NCBI GenBank assembly: GCA_038087875.1
Contig: CM075990.1
Span: forward strand, 8,868,001-8,932,000
Origin: Malacoraja senta
Lineage: Eukaryota
Direction of reading: 5' to 3'
Length of the DNA: 64,000 nucleotides
Below are positions 24,630 through 38,172 of this stretch, piece by piece. The notes under the pieces were generated by a model. It did no database searches and was not told the DNA's origin. It saw nothing but the letters and a program-made list of their open reading frames with translations. Every line of letters begins with the position of its first letter. The stretch's first letter is position 1. The position numbers and the translations under genes were made by a program.

Positions 24630-25522
24630 TTGTTATCAGGCAACTGAATCATCCTGCCACAAACACAGAGCAGTGCTGAACTACTATCTACCTCTTCGAT
24701 GACCCTCGGACTATCCTTGATCGGACTTTGCTGGCTTTACCTTGCACTAAACGTTATTCCCTTATCATGTATCTATCTATACACTGTAAATGGATCGATT
24801 GTAATCATGTACCTTCTGAACCTTCTGGATTTGTAGTCGGCAGGGCAGTACTCTGCATATCGCCAACTTGGACGTGTTGTGCATACTAACGTGCTGTTAG
24901 TGCCCGCTTAAAACTGTCTAGTGAAGGTGATTTGACTATATTGTTGTCTAGTTTATTGCATTCCCTTAAGGTTCTTACAAAGAATGAGTTCTTATAAATA
25001 TCTGTCCTGGCGAATGGGGTTTCTATTTGCATATCATTTCTCTTTTTTGTTCTCCTTCCTGTTGAGTATGTTATGTATCTATCTGCAGTTATGCCCACGA
25101 TCCCTTTTTGAATCTTGTACAACACGGCTAGTCTGTTCCTTGCCCTTCTTGTTTCCAGCGTTTCCCACTCCAGGTCGGACAGCATCTGGGTGACACTGCT
25201 ACCTCTATTATAGTTCCCGATGCAAAAGCATGCTGATTTCCTCTATACCCCTTCTAGTTTGTTGATATGACCAGTTTTGTATGGGTCCCAGGTGCATGAA
25301 GCGTATTCCAGTAAAGGTCTAACCAATGTTGTATATGCTGTGGTTTTCACTTCCTTTGGGCAGAACCAGAGGTTTCGTCTAAGGAATCCTAGTGACCAAC
25401 TAAGTTGGCTTTAGTGACCGTGCTGTCCATGTGTTCCCCCCACGATTGTCTTTCTGCTGACAAGTTAGCATGTAACAAAAGCTTTTCACTGTACCTTGGT
25501 ACATGTGACAATAAACTAAACT
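24630..25522 (+). mobile_element. Rex1/Babar-type 3'UTR split by another LINE fragment
   Basis: ...gattgtaatcatgta (24811) resumes at ~25445 ttgtctttctgctgac...cttttcactgtaccttggtacatgtgacaataaa. Confidence 0.6.
24812..25398 (-). mobile_element. LINE 3' fragment of CR1-group/RTEX-like type
   Basis: LGFLRRNLWFCPKEVKTTAYTTLVRPLLEYASCTWDPY...LEWETLETRR...YKNSFFVRT; short cagaagg repeat tail. Confidence 0.75.
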
Positions 25523-27059
25523 GATCTTTATCCTGTTGAGGTTTGAAGTTTCTTCATTTTGTTCTCTGTACTGCGCTGAGCTTTGCTCACTTCCTTTACT
25601 CTGCAACCTGCAGGAATCTGCACTGATTGAGAAGGATTGAGAATTGTCTGAAGTAATTTGCTCTGGGCTTTTCAAAGCTCCTTTGCATGCCACTGGTCCC
25701 TTGTGTTCCCGACCAAACCATTGGGCTTCATTCAAAATGAAAAACTCATGGATCCAGAAGAAGTTCTCCAATTCAGGTTGAACACTTGTATTAATTACCA
25801 ACTCCGAAAATCCTCAAGTTATCTGCCATCTGACAACTGGTGAATTGCCTTTCTGTATGCTGACTGGTCAACTGTGAATTCTCAATGCTCAGTTTATTTA
25901 TGTGATAGGGATAAGGGATTCTTATGGCTGTAAACTGCCACCGGAGATATTCACAGGCACTTATTGACATGTTATAATAATACAGTAAACAAAAAGCATT
26001 GCCAGCCTCTTTATAGGGCACCGGTGCTTCGATCTAAAAGGCTTTACGCTCAGCTGCTCTGGAAAATATTCTGACAAAATCATCTTAGCTGAATTGATGT
26101 GTGATCAGAGAATAACGAATATGTTTTCATTCCATTCCCTCACCACTCTGAAACTCGGCATCTCCTTCACTGACCTGCTCTGCTGAACAAAAGATGGAAG
26201 ATGAATCTGCCAGCTCTCATAGTTTTCCCACTGCTGAGGCGTTTGGTGCATTTGTGTTGCACTCAGCCCTGTCCCTCAGTGAACGAACATTCCTTTAACT
26301 GGAAACACCATCAAAACAGTCAGCCACACACGTATTTTAGGCCTTGAATAAATGTCAAGCAGCATTTGTTTAATCTAAGGCGTGCTCGTGAAGCTGACGA
26401 AGGATTATACTGACTGGAAGAAATTAAATCACTTTCACCTTGTGTTATTATTCTCAGACCTCCAGTAAAAGTGACTGATCTGCAGCTTATGTGGAGATGC
26501 AGCTCATAGGATGTACAACATAATCTTGTTTTATATGTAAAACCACCAAATCATAACAGTGTGCTATGCTGAACTCCCAAAGCACTGAATTTATTACCGA
26601 ACTTTAAGATGATGGAGAATTTTATTCTGCCAGATATTTTCTCTGTTTACAATGTCCCATAATTTTTTGGAGGGTGTCTCGTTGGCCACGCTCCCCACTG
26701 ACTTACATTCACATTGCACTCCTCCACCTCATCTATAAAGGTAACGTTGTTGGCTAAGACAACCCATAGACAACTGAGCAAGTTCTGAATGACGACAGGG
26801 TCTTACAAGTCGTAATCATAGAGAGAGATACAGCATGGAAACAGTGCCCTTCGGCCCATCAAACCCCTGCCGACCGTTCGTCATCAATTTACCCTAATCC
26901 AACATGAATCCCTTTTATTTTCATTCTCGCACATCCTCAACAAGTCCGCCAAGATTCTCCACACTGGGGAATATTGTAGCAGCCAATTAACCTGCCAGCC
27001 CACACATCGTGCGGATGGGGGAGGAGGCAGGAGTACCCAGGGGTTACCTTGCGGGTTGT

Positions 27060-27378
27060 AGGGCAGCACGGTGGCGCAGCGGTAGAGTTGCTGCTTCACA
27101 GCGGTTACGGCGCCGGAGACCCGAGTTCGATCCCAACTACGGGTGCTGTCTGTACGGAGTTTGTACGTTATCCCCATGACCACGTGGGTTTTCTCCAAGG
27201 TCTTCGGTTTCCTCCCACACTCCAAAGACATACAGGTTTGTAGGTTCATTGGCTTGGTATAAGTGTAAATTGTCCCGAGTGTGTGTAGGACAGTGTTAAT
27301 GTGCGGGGATCGCTGGTCCGGGATCTGCGGACTTCCGCGCTGTATATCTCAACTAAACTAAACTAAACTAAACTAAAC
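27060..27378 (+). mobile_element. V-SINE (HE1-like), near-intact
   Basis: A box tggcgcagcggtag, B box gagttcgatcc, (aacta)n tail. Confidence 0.9.
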
Positions 27379-28157
27379 ATGTAAACTCCCATGTCTTTGG
27401 TGCTGTGAGACAGCAGCTCTACAAACTGCGCCATATGGAAAGCATTCCGAGCATGTGTACAGGAGAATAAACCTCATCCATGAAGCTCCTCAGAAAACAG
27501 GCCTGGTGTAAATGTGCACTTAGTGGCCAGTGTTGAAGGGATTGATTCTCTACTGTATGAGTCAATGTCTCTATTTAATGTAGGTAATAATACAGAAAAG
27601 GGCTTTTACGCTCAGATATGGAGTATCTGGCCACATGTTGTTGGAAAGGTTAAAAAAATCAACTCACAATTAGACCTACTGCGTCGAATCCGAGCTGAAA
27701 TGGAGCTGAATACTATGATTATCTTGTCTACTTACAGCAAGCTGTTCACTGACTGACTGGTTCCCTAAATCCAGCTTTGATGCTGCACATTAATCAGAGA
27801 TGGACTATTTACTCTGTAATCTGCCTAAAGGATTGTGTGCCAAATAATCGACATAGCATCGGGCGAGTACAGACCATCTCACACATGTATCTGCTAAATA
27901 TTACAACAATATTCATTGTTGAAGGAGATGAGGAGGAATTTCTTTAGTCAGAGGGTGGTGAATCTGTGGAATTCTTTGCCACAGAAGGCTGTGGAATCCA
28001 AGTCAATGGATATTTTTAAGGCAGAGGTTCTTGATTAGTACTGGTGTCAGGGGTTATGGGGAGAAGGCAGGAGAATGGGGTTAGGAGGGAGAAACAGATC
28101 AGCCACGATTGAATGATGGAGTAGACTTGATGAGCCTAATTCCATTCCTATCATGTA

Positions 28158-29240
28158 TCAAGTCAAGTCAAGTCACATTTATTTATATAGCACATTTAAA
28201 AAACAACTCTCGTTGGCCAAAGTGCTTTACATTTGTTATAAGAATAATATAAACAAACAAACTACATACATATATACATATAGCCCTCGCTCAGAGGACG
28301 TCAAGAACGGCTTGGGAGTATAGATAAGTTTTTAGTCTTGACTTAAAGGAGTCGATGGAGGGGGCAGTTCTGATGGGAAGGGGGATGCTGTTCCACAGTC
28401 TAGGAGCTGCAACCGCAAAGGCGCGGTCGCCCCTGAGCTTATGCCTAGACCGCGGGATATTCAGCAACCCCAAGTCGGCCGATCTGAGGGACTTGGAGGT
28501 GGAGTGGTGGGTGAGAAGACTTTTAATGTAGGTGGGGGCAAGCCCATTGAGGGCTTTGTAGACATAGAGGAGGATCTTGAAATGTATACGGAACCGCACA
28601 GGGAGCCAGTGGAGAGAGGCCAGGATCGGGGTCTCGCTGCGGCGTTTTGGACCAGTTGCAGGCGGGACAGGGACGATTGGCTGATGCCAGTGTAAAGGGA
28701 GTTGCAGTAATCTAGGCGGGAGGAGATAAATGTGTGGATGATCTTTTCGACGTCATCAAAGTGTAGGAATTGTTTTATTTTAGCTATCGTCCGAAGCTGA
28801 AAGAAGCTAGCTTTTACCATGGCATTGACTTGTTTGTCATATTTCAGTGCCGAGTCAAATATCACGCCAAGGTTTTTGACGTGAGGTTTGAGTAGTGGGG
28901 TAAGGCTTCCAAGGCTGCCTGCTATCATTTTGATTGAGTCCGAGGGGCCGAGAAGGATGACCTCAGACTTACTCTCGTTTAGTTGGAGGAAGTTCTGGGC
29001 CATCTAACACTTTATATCCTCGAGGCAGCGTGTAAGATTAAGCAGATTTGATTGGTTTTTGGGCTTCAGGGGGAGATAGAGTTGTGTATCGTCTGCGTAG
29101 CAATGGAAGGAAATGCCGTGCCTTTCAATGACTTGGCCTAAGGGGAGCATATACAGGGAGAAGAGAAAGGGGCCAAGGATTGAACCTTGTGGAACCCCAC
29201 AGCAGAGATTAGCTGGGGAGGAGAAAGAGTTGCCTATGTT
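28158..29240 (-). mobile_element. L2 LINE 3' fragment (second subfamily)
   Basis: GVPQGSILGP, HCYADDTQLY, ISSRLDYCNSLY and GDRAFAVAAPRLWN; (caagt)n tail; in-frame stop and an internal deletion. Confidence 0.9.
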
Positions 29241-29394
29241 AGTCCTTATAACTATGAATAAATGATCCTCAATCCAACTTTCAATTTCAGACCTGGGTGA
29301 AATTATCATGCACTCATACAAATACGAGACCTGATCAGACTTTGACACTCATCATATCTCAAGTATTTGTAACAGGAAAACAGTTTAACATACT

Positions 29395-29698
29395 TTTAGT
29401 TTAGAGATACAGTGCGGAAACAGGCCCGTCGGCCCACCAAATCCGCGCTGACCAGTGATCCCTGCACATTAAGGCTAACTACCAACACTAGGGACAATTT
29501 ACAATTATACCAAGCCAATTAACCTACAAACCTGTGCGTCTTTGGGATGTGGGAGGAAACCGGAGAACCCGAAGAAAACCTGCGTGGTCACAGGGAGAAT
29601 GTACAAACTCCATACAGATAACACCCGAGGTCAGGATCGAACTCAGGACACTGGTGCTGCAAAGCAGCAACTCTACCACTGCGCCACGGTGCCGCCCA
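29395..29698 (-). mobile_element. V-SINE (HE1-like)
   Basis: Reverse complement of the SINE consensus. Confidence 0.88.
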
Positions 29699-31339
29699 AA
29701 TTCCCAAACTCTGAGAAACGCACTACATTCAGATGTCCAAAAATCTAACCTGTAATGCAGAAAGATGATCTTAAATACCACTCTGGCAGTTTAATAGTTG
29801 GAATTCAATTTAAGAAACCAGGGAATAAAAAGGCTTGATAAAAGTATAGCTTCGGGATCATCATAAAATCTAATTCACTAATGTTAGTTAGGAAATGAAA
29901 TCTGTAATTCTTGCCCAGTCGGTTGCTATTTTCCAGACCCACAGAAATGTGGGCAATTATAAATGCCCTTTTATGGCTGAGTCAGATAGATTCTTGATTA
30001 GTATGGGTATCAGGGGCTATGGGGAGAAGGCAGGAGATTGGGGATTGGAGGGAGAGATAGATCAACCAAGATTGAATGGTGTAGACTTGATGGGCCTAAT
30101 GGCCTAATACTGCTCCTATCAACATGAACACAATTAGAGATTCAAGTCCATGGGAGTGTAAGAAGTGAACCATAGTGTACCTTTTTGTCCAACATTTTGT
30201 CTACCTTCGATTTTCCAGCATCTGCAGTTCCTTCTTGAACATAGTGTACCATTGTTGAGGTAAGAATAAGGTTTTGCCCACTGGTTCAAAAACCTAATAA
30301 TTGTAGGCAAGTAGCTGTTTCTGAACCTGGTGCCGTGGAACGTCAGGTTTTGTGTTACCTGTCCAACGGTAGCAGTGAGAAGAGGGCCTGGCATGGATGG
30401 AGGGGATCCTTAATGGTAGATGCTGCCTTCTTGAGGCATTGTCTCCAGAGATGGCATCGTCTCTGGAGTTCAGTTACATGGCTGGAATACGCTTTCAAGA
30501 CCACACACTGGCTGCACAACGAGAGGTAAATGAGCAGATCAGAAACCCCATTTGTTCCCTTGCTAATGACAGTGTTTAACCATACCTTGGGGGGAAGAAA
30601 TACACATCTTGTTGAAGTGTTTTTAATTAGTCATTCATTTAAATCTAGGCATGAACCGCTCTATGAAATCAAGCTCAAATGAATCATAAACAATGGTTTG
30701 CATTTATCTAATTATATATTTACACAGTCCCTCGTCACAACTCTCAGAAACTGACAGACATCTTGGGTACAACAAGATACTTTGAATCACACTTATTGTT
30801 GTTACAAAGGGATAAGGCCAGCAAGCATTCAGACACGGGAATATGATAAATTACTGGACAATTCATTTGAGTTGTTGGTTGAACAATAAATAGTACAGAC
30901 TAAAGTGATATTTCCCTATGCTTTAACAAATGGTGTCTCAGGAGCTTTGGTGTTCAACTGAGAGAGCAAAAAAACTGTCCAGACCATTTGGCAGAGTGTC
31001 TCATAGCTGAACCATCTTGGCAGGGTAGGTGAACTAGAGGGAATAGGTAGTGGAACTAGACAGGGGACAGATTGAATAGGAACCCAAGGGGCAACTTTTT
31101 CACACAGAGGGTGGAACCTATATGAAACTTGTTGTCAGATGGAATGGTTGAGGCAGGCATTATAACAACGTTTAAAAGAGACTTGGACAGGTACAAGGAC
31201 AGGAAAGGTTCAGAGGGATAATGGTCCAATGTTGGCAAATGGGATTAACTTATGTGGGCACTTTGGTCGGCATGGAAACGTTGGGTGGAAGGGCCTGTTT
31301 CCATGTCTTATGACTCTTTGAATCAATTGTTCTAAATAC

Positions 31340-31600
31340 TGACCGTGTCCCACTAACTCCACGATACCTCTCCCACAATGAAGCCTTCCCTCAACACCAC
31401 CACTCAGTACGTGTAGTATGTTCTCAATACTGCTCTCGCAGTGCAGCCCTCCTTCAGAACATTCCCTCGGACAATACAGTCATCCCTCAGCTGTACTCAG
31501 CTCAGCACCAGCCCTCCAAAGCCGCACCTTCTGCGAAATCCCCTCTCAAACCGCAGCACCTCCTCAATGCTACTCCTCCTGCAGTGCAGCACAGGCTTTC
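31340..31600. repeat. Degenerate tandem repeat of cagtgcagcactccctcagtactg type
   Basis: Recurring ccctcag / gcagc / cagtac motifs. Similar remnants at ~60250-60540. Confidence 0.5.
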
Positions 31601-31646
31601 CAACAGGGGGGGGGGGGACAGATGTTATGGGGAGAATACAATACTA

Positions 31647-32460
31647 TTTATTGTCATTTGAACCTCAAATGAAGTTCAAACGAAATTTTGTTTCTGCAGT
31701 CATACAACAAGAAAAGAACCAAGACACACACCAACAACATTTACACAAACACACATCACAGTTAATCTCCTCCCCACTGTGATGGAATGCAAAGTCTTGT
31801 CTCTCCCCTGCTCTCCATTCTTCTCCCGATGTCAAAGCCCCCGGCGGGCGATGGCAAGACCCGCGGCCATTAAGGCCACGCCAGGGTCTTGATGTTGGAG
31901 CCCCCGGCAGGTGCTGGCAAGTCCCGCGGTCGTTAAAGCCGCACTGGGTGATGTAAGGCCCCGCTCCGGGTCGCCTTCAACCCCACAACTCGGGCGGGAG
32001 AATTTGCCGTTGCGGCAGCTCCGAAAAATGGTCTCCCACCAGGGACCTGCGAGCTCCCGATGTCACCGTCCACCGGGCCTGCGGCTGGAGCCTCCGAAGC
32101 TCCGGAGTCGGGCCGCAGCAGCGCGCCACCACAGCTCTCCACTCTCCGAAGCCGGCCAGCCCCACGACGGTGAGTCCGCAGGCTCCGCGACTGGAGCCCC
32201 CGGTCGTTCCGGTTGGAGGCCGCTCCACGGTGCTAGGCCCCAACGACAACGGAGACCCGACAGGGAAAAGGTTGGGTCACCCGTACAGGGAAGAGATTTA
32301 AAAGTTTCCCGCACACATACACAGTTAAAAACAATTTTTAAAAAACACTACAAACTATACACTCAACGGGACCAAAATAAAAAATAATAATAATAAATAA
32401 ATAAATAAATAAAGACAGACGGACTGCAGAGGCTGCTGCAACGTCAGTCGTGCCACCTGT
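31647..32460 (-). mobile_element. GC-rich non-autonomous retroelement related to 539-1352
   Basis: Shared ctgtgatggaa and gacagacg...gccacc ends; 3' stem-loop tttgaacttcatttgaggttcaaa followed by tgacaataaa on the minus strand. Confidence 0.6.
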
Positions 32461-33540
32461 ATCATGAAGGCAGGAGAATGGGGTTAGGAAGGAGAGATCG
32501 ATCAGCCATGATTGAATGGCAGAGTAGACTTGATGAGCCTATTCCTTATGACCTTATAACATATGTGCTGCCGTAACATGCAGAGCTGCTTAAGTCTGCA
32601 GCTTGGATTTTGCACTTATCAGTGAAACAAGGTCTGAAACCACAGGCCTGGAACCCGATGAGCTGAACTCTGCAAGAAATCGTCTTGGCTCACCTTTCAA
32701 TGTTACCAAACCGTGAGGGTTGAGTTTGAGGTTGTGAATGCTGTACAGAGAGGTGTTTAGATTCATTGCTCTATTGTCATGTGAATGTGGAGAGCTATTC
32801 TATGGGTTGTTGTGCTCCAGAGTTTATGATGGATCATTCTAATCAGCATGCAAATTTTTGAGCAGCAGATTTAAAAACAGGCACGTATCGATGTGCCAGC
32901 TAATCAGCTGAATACATTACCCTCATCAACGAAACCCTCCCAAAGAACAGTTCCAAATCATTTCTGCATTTCATTAGGTAACAATGCCGTACCATGCAGA
33001 TCAGTGTGCTTGCCATGGACCGGAATACGGGAATAATAGTTGGGAAAAGAGGCAATTGTTTGCACCTTCTGCAAGTCTAATACGTCAATGATTGTGTGCA
33101 GTTAATTAGCACTAATTAGTATGCAAATCGCCTCATTAATATGCATGCATATGCTAAGAATGTTCAATATATTTAGAATCCATCCTCTTTCATATTCCAC
33201 TGCAAGTCCCTGGATAATTATTGATACAGTTTAGCAGATATTATTTCCAGATGATTAAATAAAGCTAATCATAATGTAGATTTACACTTAATTAACTTTT
33301 AAGATTATGATTATATTTCACCACAATTTGCAGCACTTTACAAAGAGGAAGCTGACAGTTGCAGCATCCTAAGCATTGAAGATTTCCAAGATATCTGTGG
33401 GGTCTCAAAAATCACTGCTCCGTCAAAGGGTTTTACCATTCTCTTAAACATGAAGCATTCAGAGGCTCAGCCTTGTGTTCCATATCGTGGTTAAGAGAAA
33501 TGGATCACCCTCAATCCTCTCATTGTATTTTGTCCTCTGA

Positions 33541-33833
33541 GTTAGTTTAGTTTACAGACACAGTGCGGAAACAGGCCCTTCGGCCCACCGAATTCACACT
33601 GGCCAGCAATCCTCGCACATTAACATCACCCTACACTAGGGACAATTTTTACATTTATACCAAGCCAATTAACCTACAAACCTATACGTCTTTTGAGTAT
33701 GGGTGAAAACCCACACAGGTCACAGGGAGAACGTTACAAATTCTGTACAGACAAGCACCCATAGACAGGATCGAACCCGGGTCTCTGGCACTGTAAGGCA
33801 GCAACTCTATTGCTGCACCACTGTGTCCCGCCC
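33541..33833 (-). mobile_element. V-SINE (HE1-like)
   Basis: Reverse complement of the SINE consensus. Confidence 0.85.
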
Positions 33834-34708
33834 CCTGAGGTGAACATAGAGTCATAGAAATATAAAGTTGATCAGAACAGAAATGAGCCCTTTGGCCCAT
33901 CTAATCCATGCCAGCCTTTTTGCCCATATACTGAATATGACTGAAAACTAAATTCTGACCATCTAGAGAAGGCGATGATGGGCCTACACACCAAATCACT
34001 CGAGAAAAGAGAAACCATTTAAGATTCAACTACATCGAAGATAGACACAAAATGCTGGATTAAAAGCAGGTTAGGCAGCATCTCTGGAGAAAAGTAGTAG
34101 GTGATGTTTGGGGTCGAGACCCTTGGGATCAGATTTCTACTCAGGTTCAACTACACTGGCGTGGGAATGGGAAAGCATCTAGCCCCAGACCAGGGAAACA
34201 CCGCAGTTACCTTCCCTAAAGGACTTTAATGAACTATTTAAGATCTAATCATAATCCAAAAGCTTTAAGGTCACCTTTACTATTTTATTTATTTTCACAT
34301 CTTACGTAAAACAGAACCTAAACAGCTGTGATGGGAATTCAACGTAGATTTTCCGATTTTGTGCGTAGACTTCAGGACAATTAGTGTAGTACCATAAACA
34401 CTACATTACTGAACTGCCACGGCGGAACAGGTTCTGTGGATGCAGAAGGGTAGAGGTGAAAACAGTTCCATTGAGGGTATCAGGGGATGTCTCTAATTCA
34501 ATGTTTGTGCTTACATGTTGGCATTCACCCAGCTCTCTAAAGTTATACTGTGGTGTAGATACAGTAGGTTCCTGCCTCTACCTTCACCCATTCTTCATGG
34601 ACACTGAAGGAGATGTGAAGTTTGCACGCTCTTCCTACGACCATGTAGGTTAATTGCCTGCTGTAAATCACTCCTCAGTATCGGTAGTAATCAAAAGGGG
34701 ACATTTTT

Positions 34709-35198
34709 TTTAATTTTTTTTTTTTTTTTAATATTTTAATTTTATTAGAAGTAAGTACAATTGTATACAATCATATTTTCATAATACCTTTTATGTACAG
34801 CTTCTTATTTTTTAAATTTTTTGTAATAAAGAAGAAAAAGAGAAAAGTTAGATAATGAAAAATAGAAAAATGTGAGATATATAGTGTGTGAAAAAGAAAA
34901 ATAGAGAGTGAAAAAAGAAAGTTGAGACATAGAAAATAGAAGAAAGAGAGTAAAAGAAGAAAAGAGAAGAAAAGAAACTAGAAGGAGATCATTTATAATC
35001 TTGACCATCCCCAGTCACGGATTAGCTTTTACACTTGTGTTGCACCATATGTTTCCAAAAAGACGACAAATGGACACCAACTCGTTATGAATTGGTCAAA
35101 TTTATCTATTAGGAGGAATCGCATTTCCTCAAGATGTGCGGTATCCAACATACTTGCAATCCACATTTTGAGCGTTGGTATTGGTGTATTTTTCCAAA
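34709..35198 (-). mobile_element. 5'-truncated L1 3' end (same family as 8753-15326)
   Basis: FWKNTPIPTLKMWIASMLDTAHLEEMRF; polyA; TSD aaaaggggacattttt at 34693-34708 and 35199-35214. Confidence 0.92.
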
Positions 35199-36000
35199 AA
35201 AAGGGGACATTTTTGAGCAACTGAGAGCTATGTTCCAGGGCCGCGAGGAAATATAATGAAGGGGATTAATGGGACAGCTCTGTTTGGGATTTGCATGGAC
35301 ATGATGGGCTGAATGGCCTCCTGTGGTGTATGTTAACCATTACTCATTGTAGAACACCAGATCTTAAATAACCTGTAACTTCATGTTTCCCCAACCTCAA
35401 TGATCCAGGAGACCACCTCGTATATGTCCCATTAAAATGCCTCCATACCATTACAGCTCATTTATTTTATCCAGGCTGAATGCAGCTTAAGAGTCAAGTG
35501 AGCTTAATTGTCATATGTACCAAAACTGAACAATGAGATTCAGTTTAATGGTTATTGTAATATACTGTAAATAGGCCTTAGATTTCCAGATTTACAATCC
35601 TCACTTCACTGCCTCTGTTTAACGGCCTATTCAAAAAGTTTCTCTGCTGCAGTTTACATTATTCAATTCATTAGAACTCTGGTCCCAAGCCATTCCCCAA
35701 GATTTCCCAGTTCCCAGTTTTGGCACAAATGTTCTGTAAACTGAAAGCTATTTTCCTTTGTGCCAAGTGTTCATCTCTTTGATTTATTGCTCTTCTGCTT
35801 AGGCCAAGAAGCATGTAGCTCGGGTAGTAATCTGGAGATTATTACCTCGGTGGTTCTGCTTTCTGATTTGGTCCAGCTGCTCCCAATCCTTCAGAAGAAC
35901 CTTCTTCATTGCTCTGTCCCGGTTGTTTCAGAATGGACCACTTCAAATGGATGTTTGCCTTCAAAGAGCAAATTCCTCTTTATCCTTGTGGCCAGGAATT

Positions 36001-37018
36001 TATGATATACGATATGATACAATAGAACTTTATTCATCCCAGGAGGGAAATTTATCTGCCAGCAGTCATAAAACACAAGATACAAGAAATTAAAGTGACT
36101 AGTGGAAAGGATTGGGGATGTGCAAAGATTAGGGAGAGAGGGAGAGATGGGAAGGGGGGGGGGTGTAGGGGGGGGGGGAGGGGGGCGTGTAGGGGGAAGG
36201 AGAGTCAGTCTCAGTAACCCCACAACAGAAAGGGGAGATGTTGTACAATTTGATAGCCACAGGGAAAAGGATCTCATGTGGCGTTCTGTACTGCATCTTG
36301 GTGGAACCAGTCTGTTGCTGAAGGTACTCCTCAGGTTGACCCATGTGTCATGGAGGGGGTGAGCTGTATTGTCCAAGATACTCCGCAGTTTGAGGAGCAT
36401 CCTCCCTTTCAAAACCACCTCCCATGAATCCAACTCTGCCCCCAGGACAGAGCCGGCCCTCCTGATGAGCATGTTAATCCTGTTGGGCTCCGTGGCCTTC
36501 GCCCGGCTGCCCCAGCACACGACAGCGAAGAAGAATGCACTGGCTACCACCGATTGGTAGAACATTTGCACCACCGTACTGCAGATGTTGAAGGAGTGGA
36601 GCCTTCTCAGAAAGTAAAGCCGGCTCTATCCCTACTTGTACAGGGCCTCAGCGTTCCTGGACCAGTCCAGTTTAATGTCCAGGTAAACTACAAGGTATTT
36701 GTGCACCTTGGTAAACGACACATCTACACCATTTATGGAAACTGGGGAAAGGGTTGATCCTCTCCTACTAAAGTCCACCACTAATTCCTTAGTCTTGTCG
36801 GTGTTGAGCTGCAGGTGATTCAGCCCACACCACTCAAGAAAGTCGTGGTCTACACCTCTGTATTCAGCTTCCCTCCCCTCATTGATGCATCCCGCAATTG
36901 CAGAGTCATCTGAAAACTTCTGCAGGTGGAGTTATATCGGGTCTAAGCTGCAGATGGTGAACAGATGGAGTGACGACCGTCCCTTTGGGGTCCCCCGTAT
37001 TGCTTACTACCATGTCCA
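36001..37018 (-). mobile_element. Rex1/Babar LINE 3' fragment
   Basis: FYQSVVASAFFFAVVCWG, DNTAHPLH and FSDDSAIA; (tatca)n-type tail. Confidence 0.85.
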
Positions 37019-37471
37019 AGACAGTCTAATTAGTATAATTAGAGAATTATGCACAGTATAATTTGAGAATTATAAGGAAGATGAGTAGTTTATGATATGG
37101 TTAACCATAGAGTTACTGGGGAAGCATGATGGTAAACATGCAAAGAATTTAGTCAGAATAGCAAAGCTGAAACATTGTGCTGAAAAACAGACTTCCTTAT
37201 CTATTGAGGGGGGTTCGCAGATCTGCCTAGGTTTTAATCTGTTGCATTCTTGCGATTACATTTGCTCTTCATCACTGTGTTTGACAGGCAAGTCTCCTAA
37301 AGGTTAACGATGACCTCTTTAACGAGAGGTCCCCTTCAAGCAAGTAGAATCTTGACATTTATGGTATCAATGTGAGATATATCGGAGGGAGATTCAAAAC
37401 AAGAGGAAAAACGTAATATTAAAGTTAATCCTGGGGAAAGATAAAGATGGAAGGTTACAGAGATATTGATT

Positions 37472-37760
37472 AGAATCATAGAGTGATACAGCGTGGAAAC
37501 AGGCCCTTCGGCCCAACTTGCCCACTTGGACCAGCCAACATGTCCCAGCTACACTAGTCCCACCTGCCTGCAATTGGCCCATATCCCTCCAAACCTGCCC
37601 TATTCATGTACCTGTCTAACTGTTTCTTAAACGTTCGGATAGTCCCAGCCTCAACTACCTCCTCTGGCAGCTTGTTCCATACACCTACCACCCTTTGCGT
37701 GCAAAAATTATCCCTCAGATTCCTATTAAATCTTTTCCTCTTCGCCTTAAACCTATGTCT
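37472..37760 (-). mobile_element. CR1 3' fragment
   Basis: FCTQRVVGVWNKLPEEVVEA plus CR1 3'UTR. Confidence 0.88.
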
Positions 37761-38172
37761 TGAAACCAATGATTAGTGGTTTATTTCAACTCCGTAAGTA
37801 ACCATCGTGTCATGAGGATATAAAAATGTTGTGGTTACTACAACTTGTGGAAGCAGTTTGGGTTTGCTCACACTTTTACCAATGTACATCGATAAGGCCT
37901 TTAATAAACCGACTTGTTCAGTAGAGTCACAATGTTTATTTTATTTTATTTTGTGTCTGTGCATATCTGAGTATAGTCTGATATAGGGTACAGGTATAGC
38001 ACAAAATTCCCACCTACAATCCTTGTGGAACTGACCGTAACTCTGGAATCAGGCAGGTAACACAACCTCCTAGACTCACTCTCAGACATGTGGAGAGCAG
38101 TAGTTATCCACTCAAATACACTGCTCCCTGACACTAGTACATTTATTTTAACTCCAAAGAACTACAATCAAC

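Noticed and set aside
25400..25801. 133-aa minus-strand ORF in unique sequence as a host exon
   Set aside because: No recognisable domain or convincing splice pair, and the 3' part runs into a Rex1-type tail.
27060..27135. tRNA gene
   Set aside because: The A/B boxes belong to a multi-copy SINE head, and no full cloverleaf is present.
35840..35995. Exon-like purine-rich stretch ending in AG/GTAATA on the minus strand
   Set aside because: No recognisable protein and no clear acceptor. The upstream side is a Rex1 insertion.
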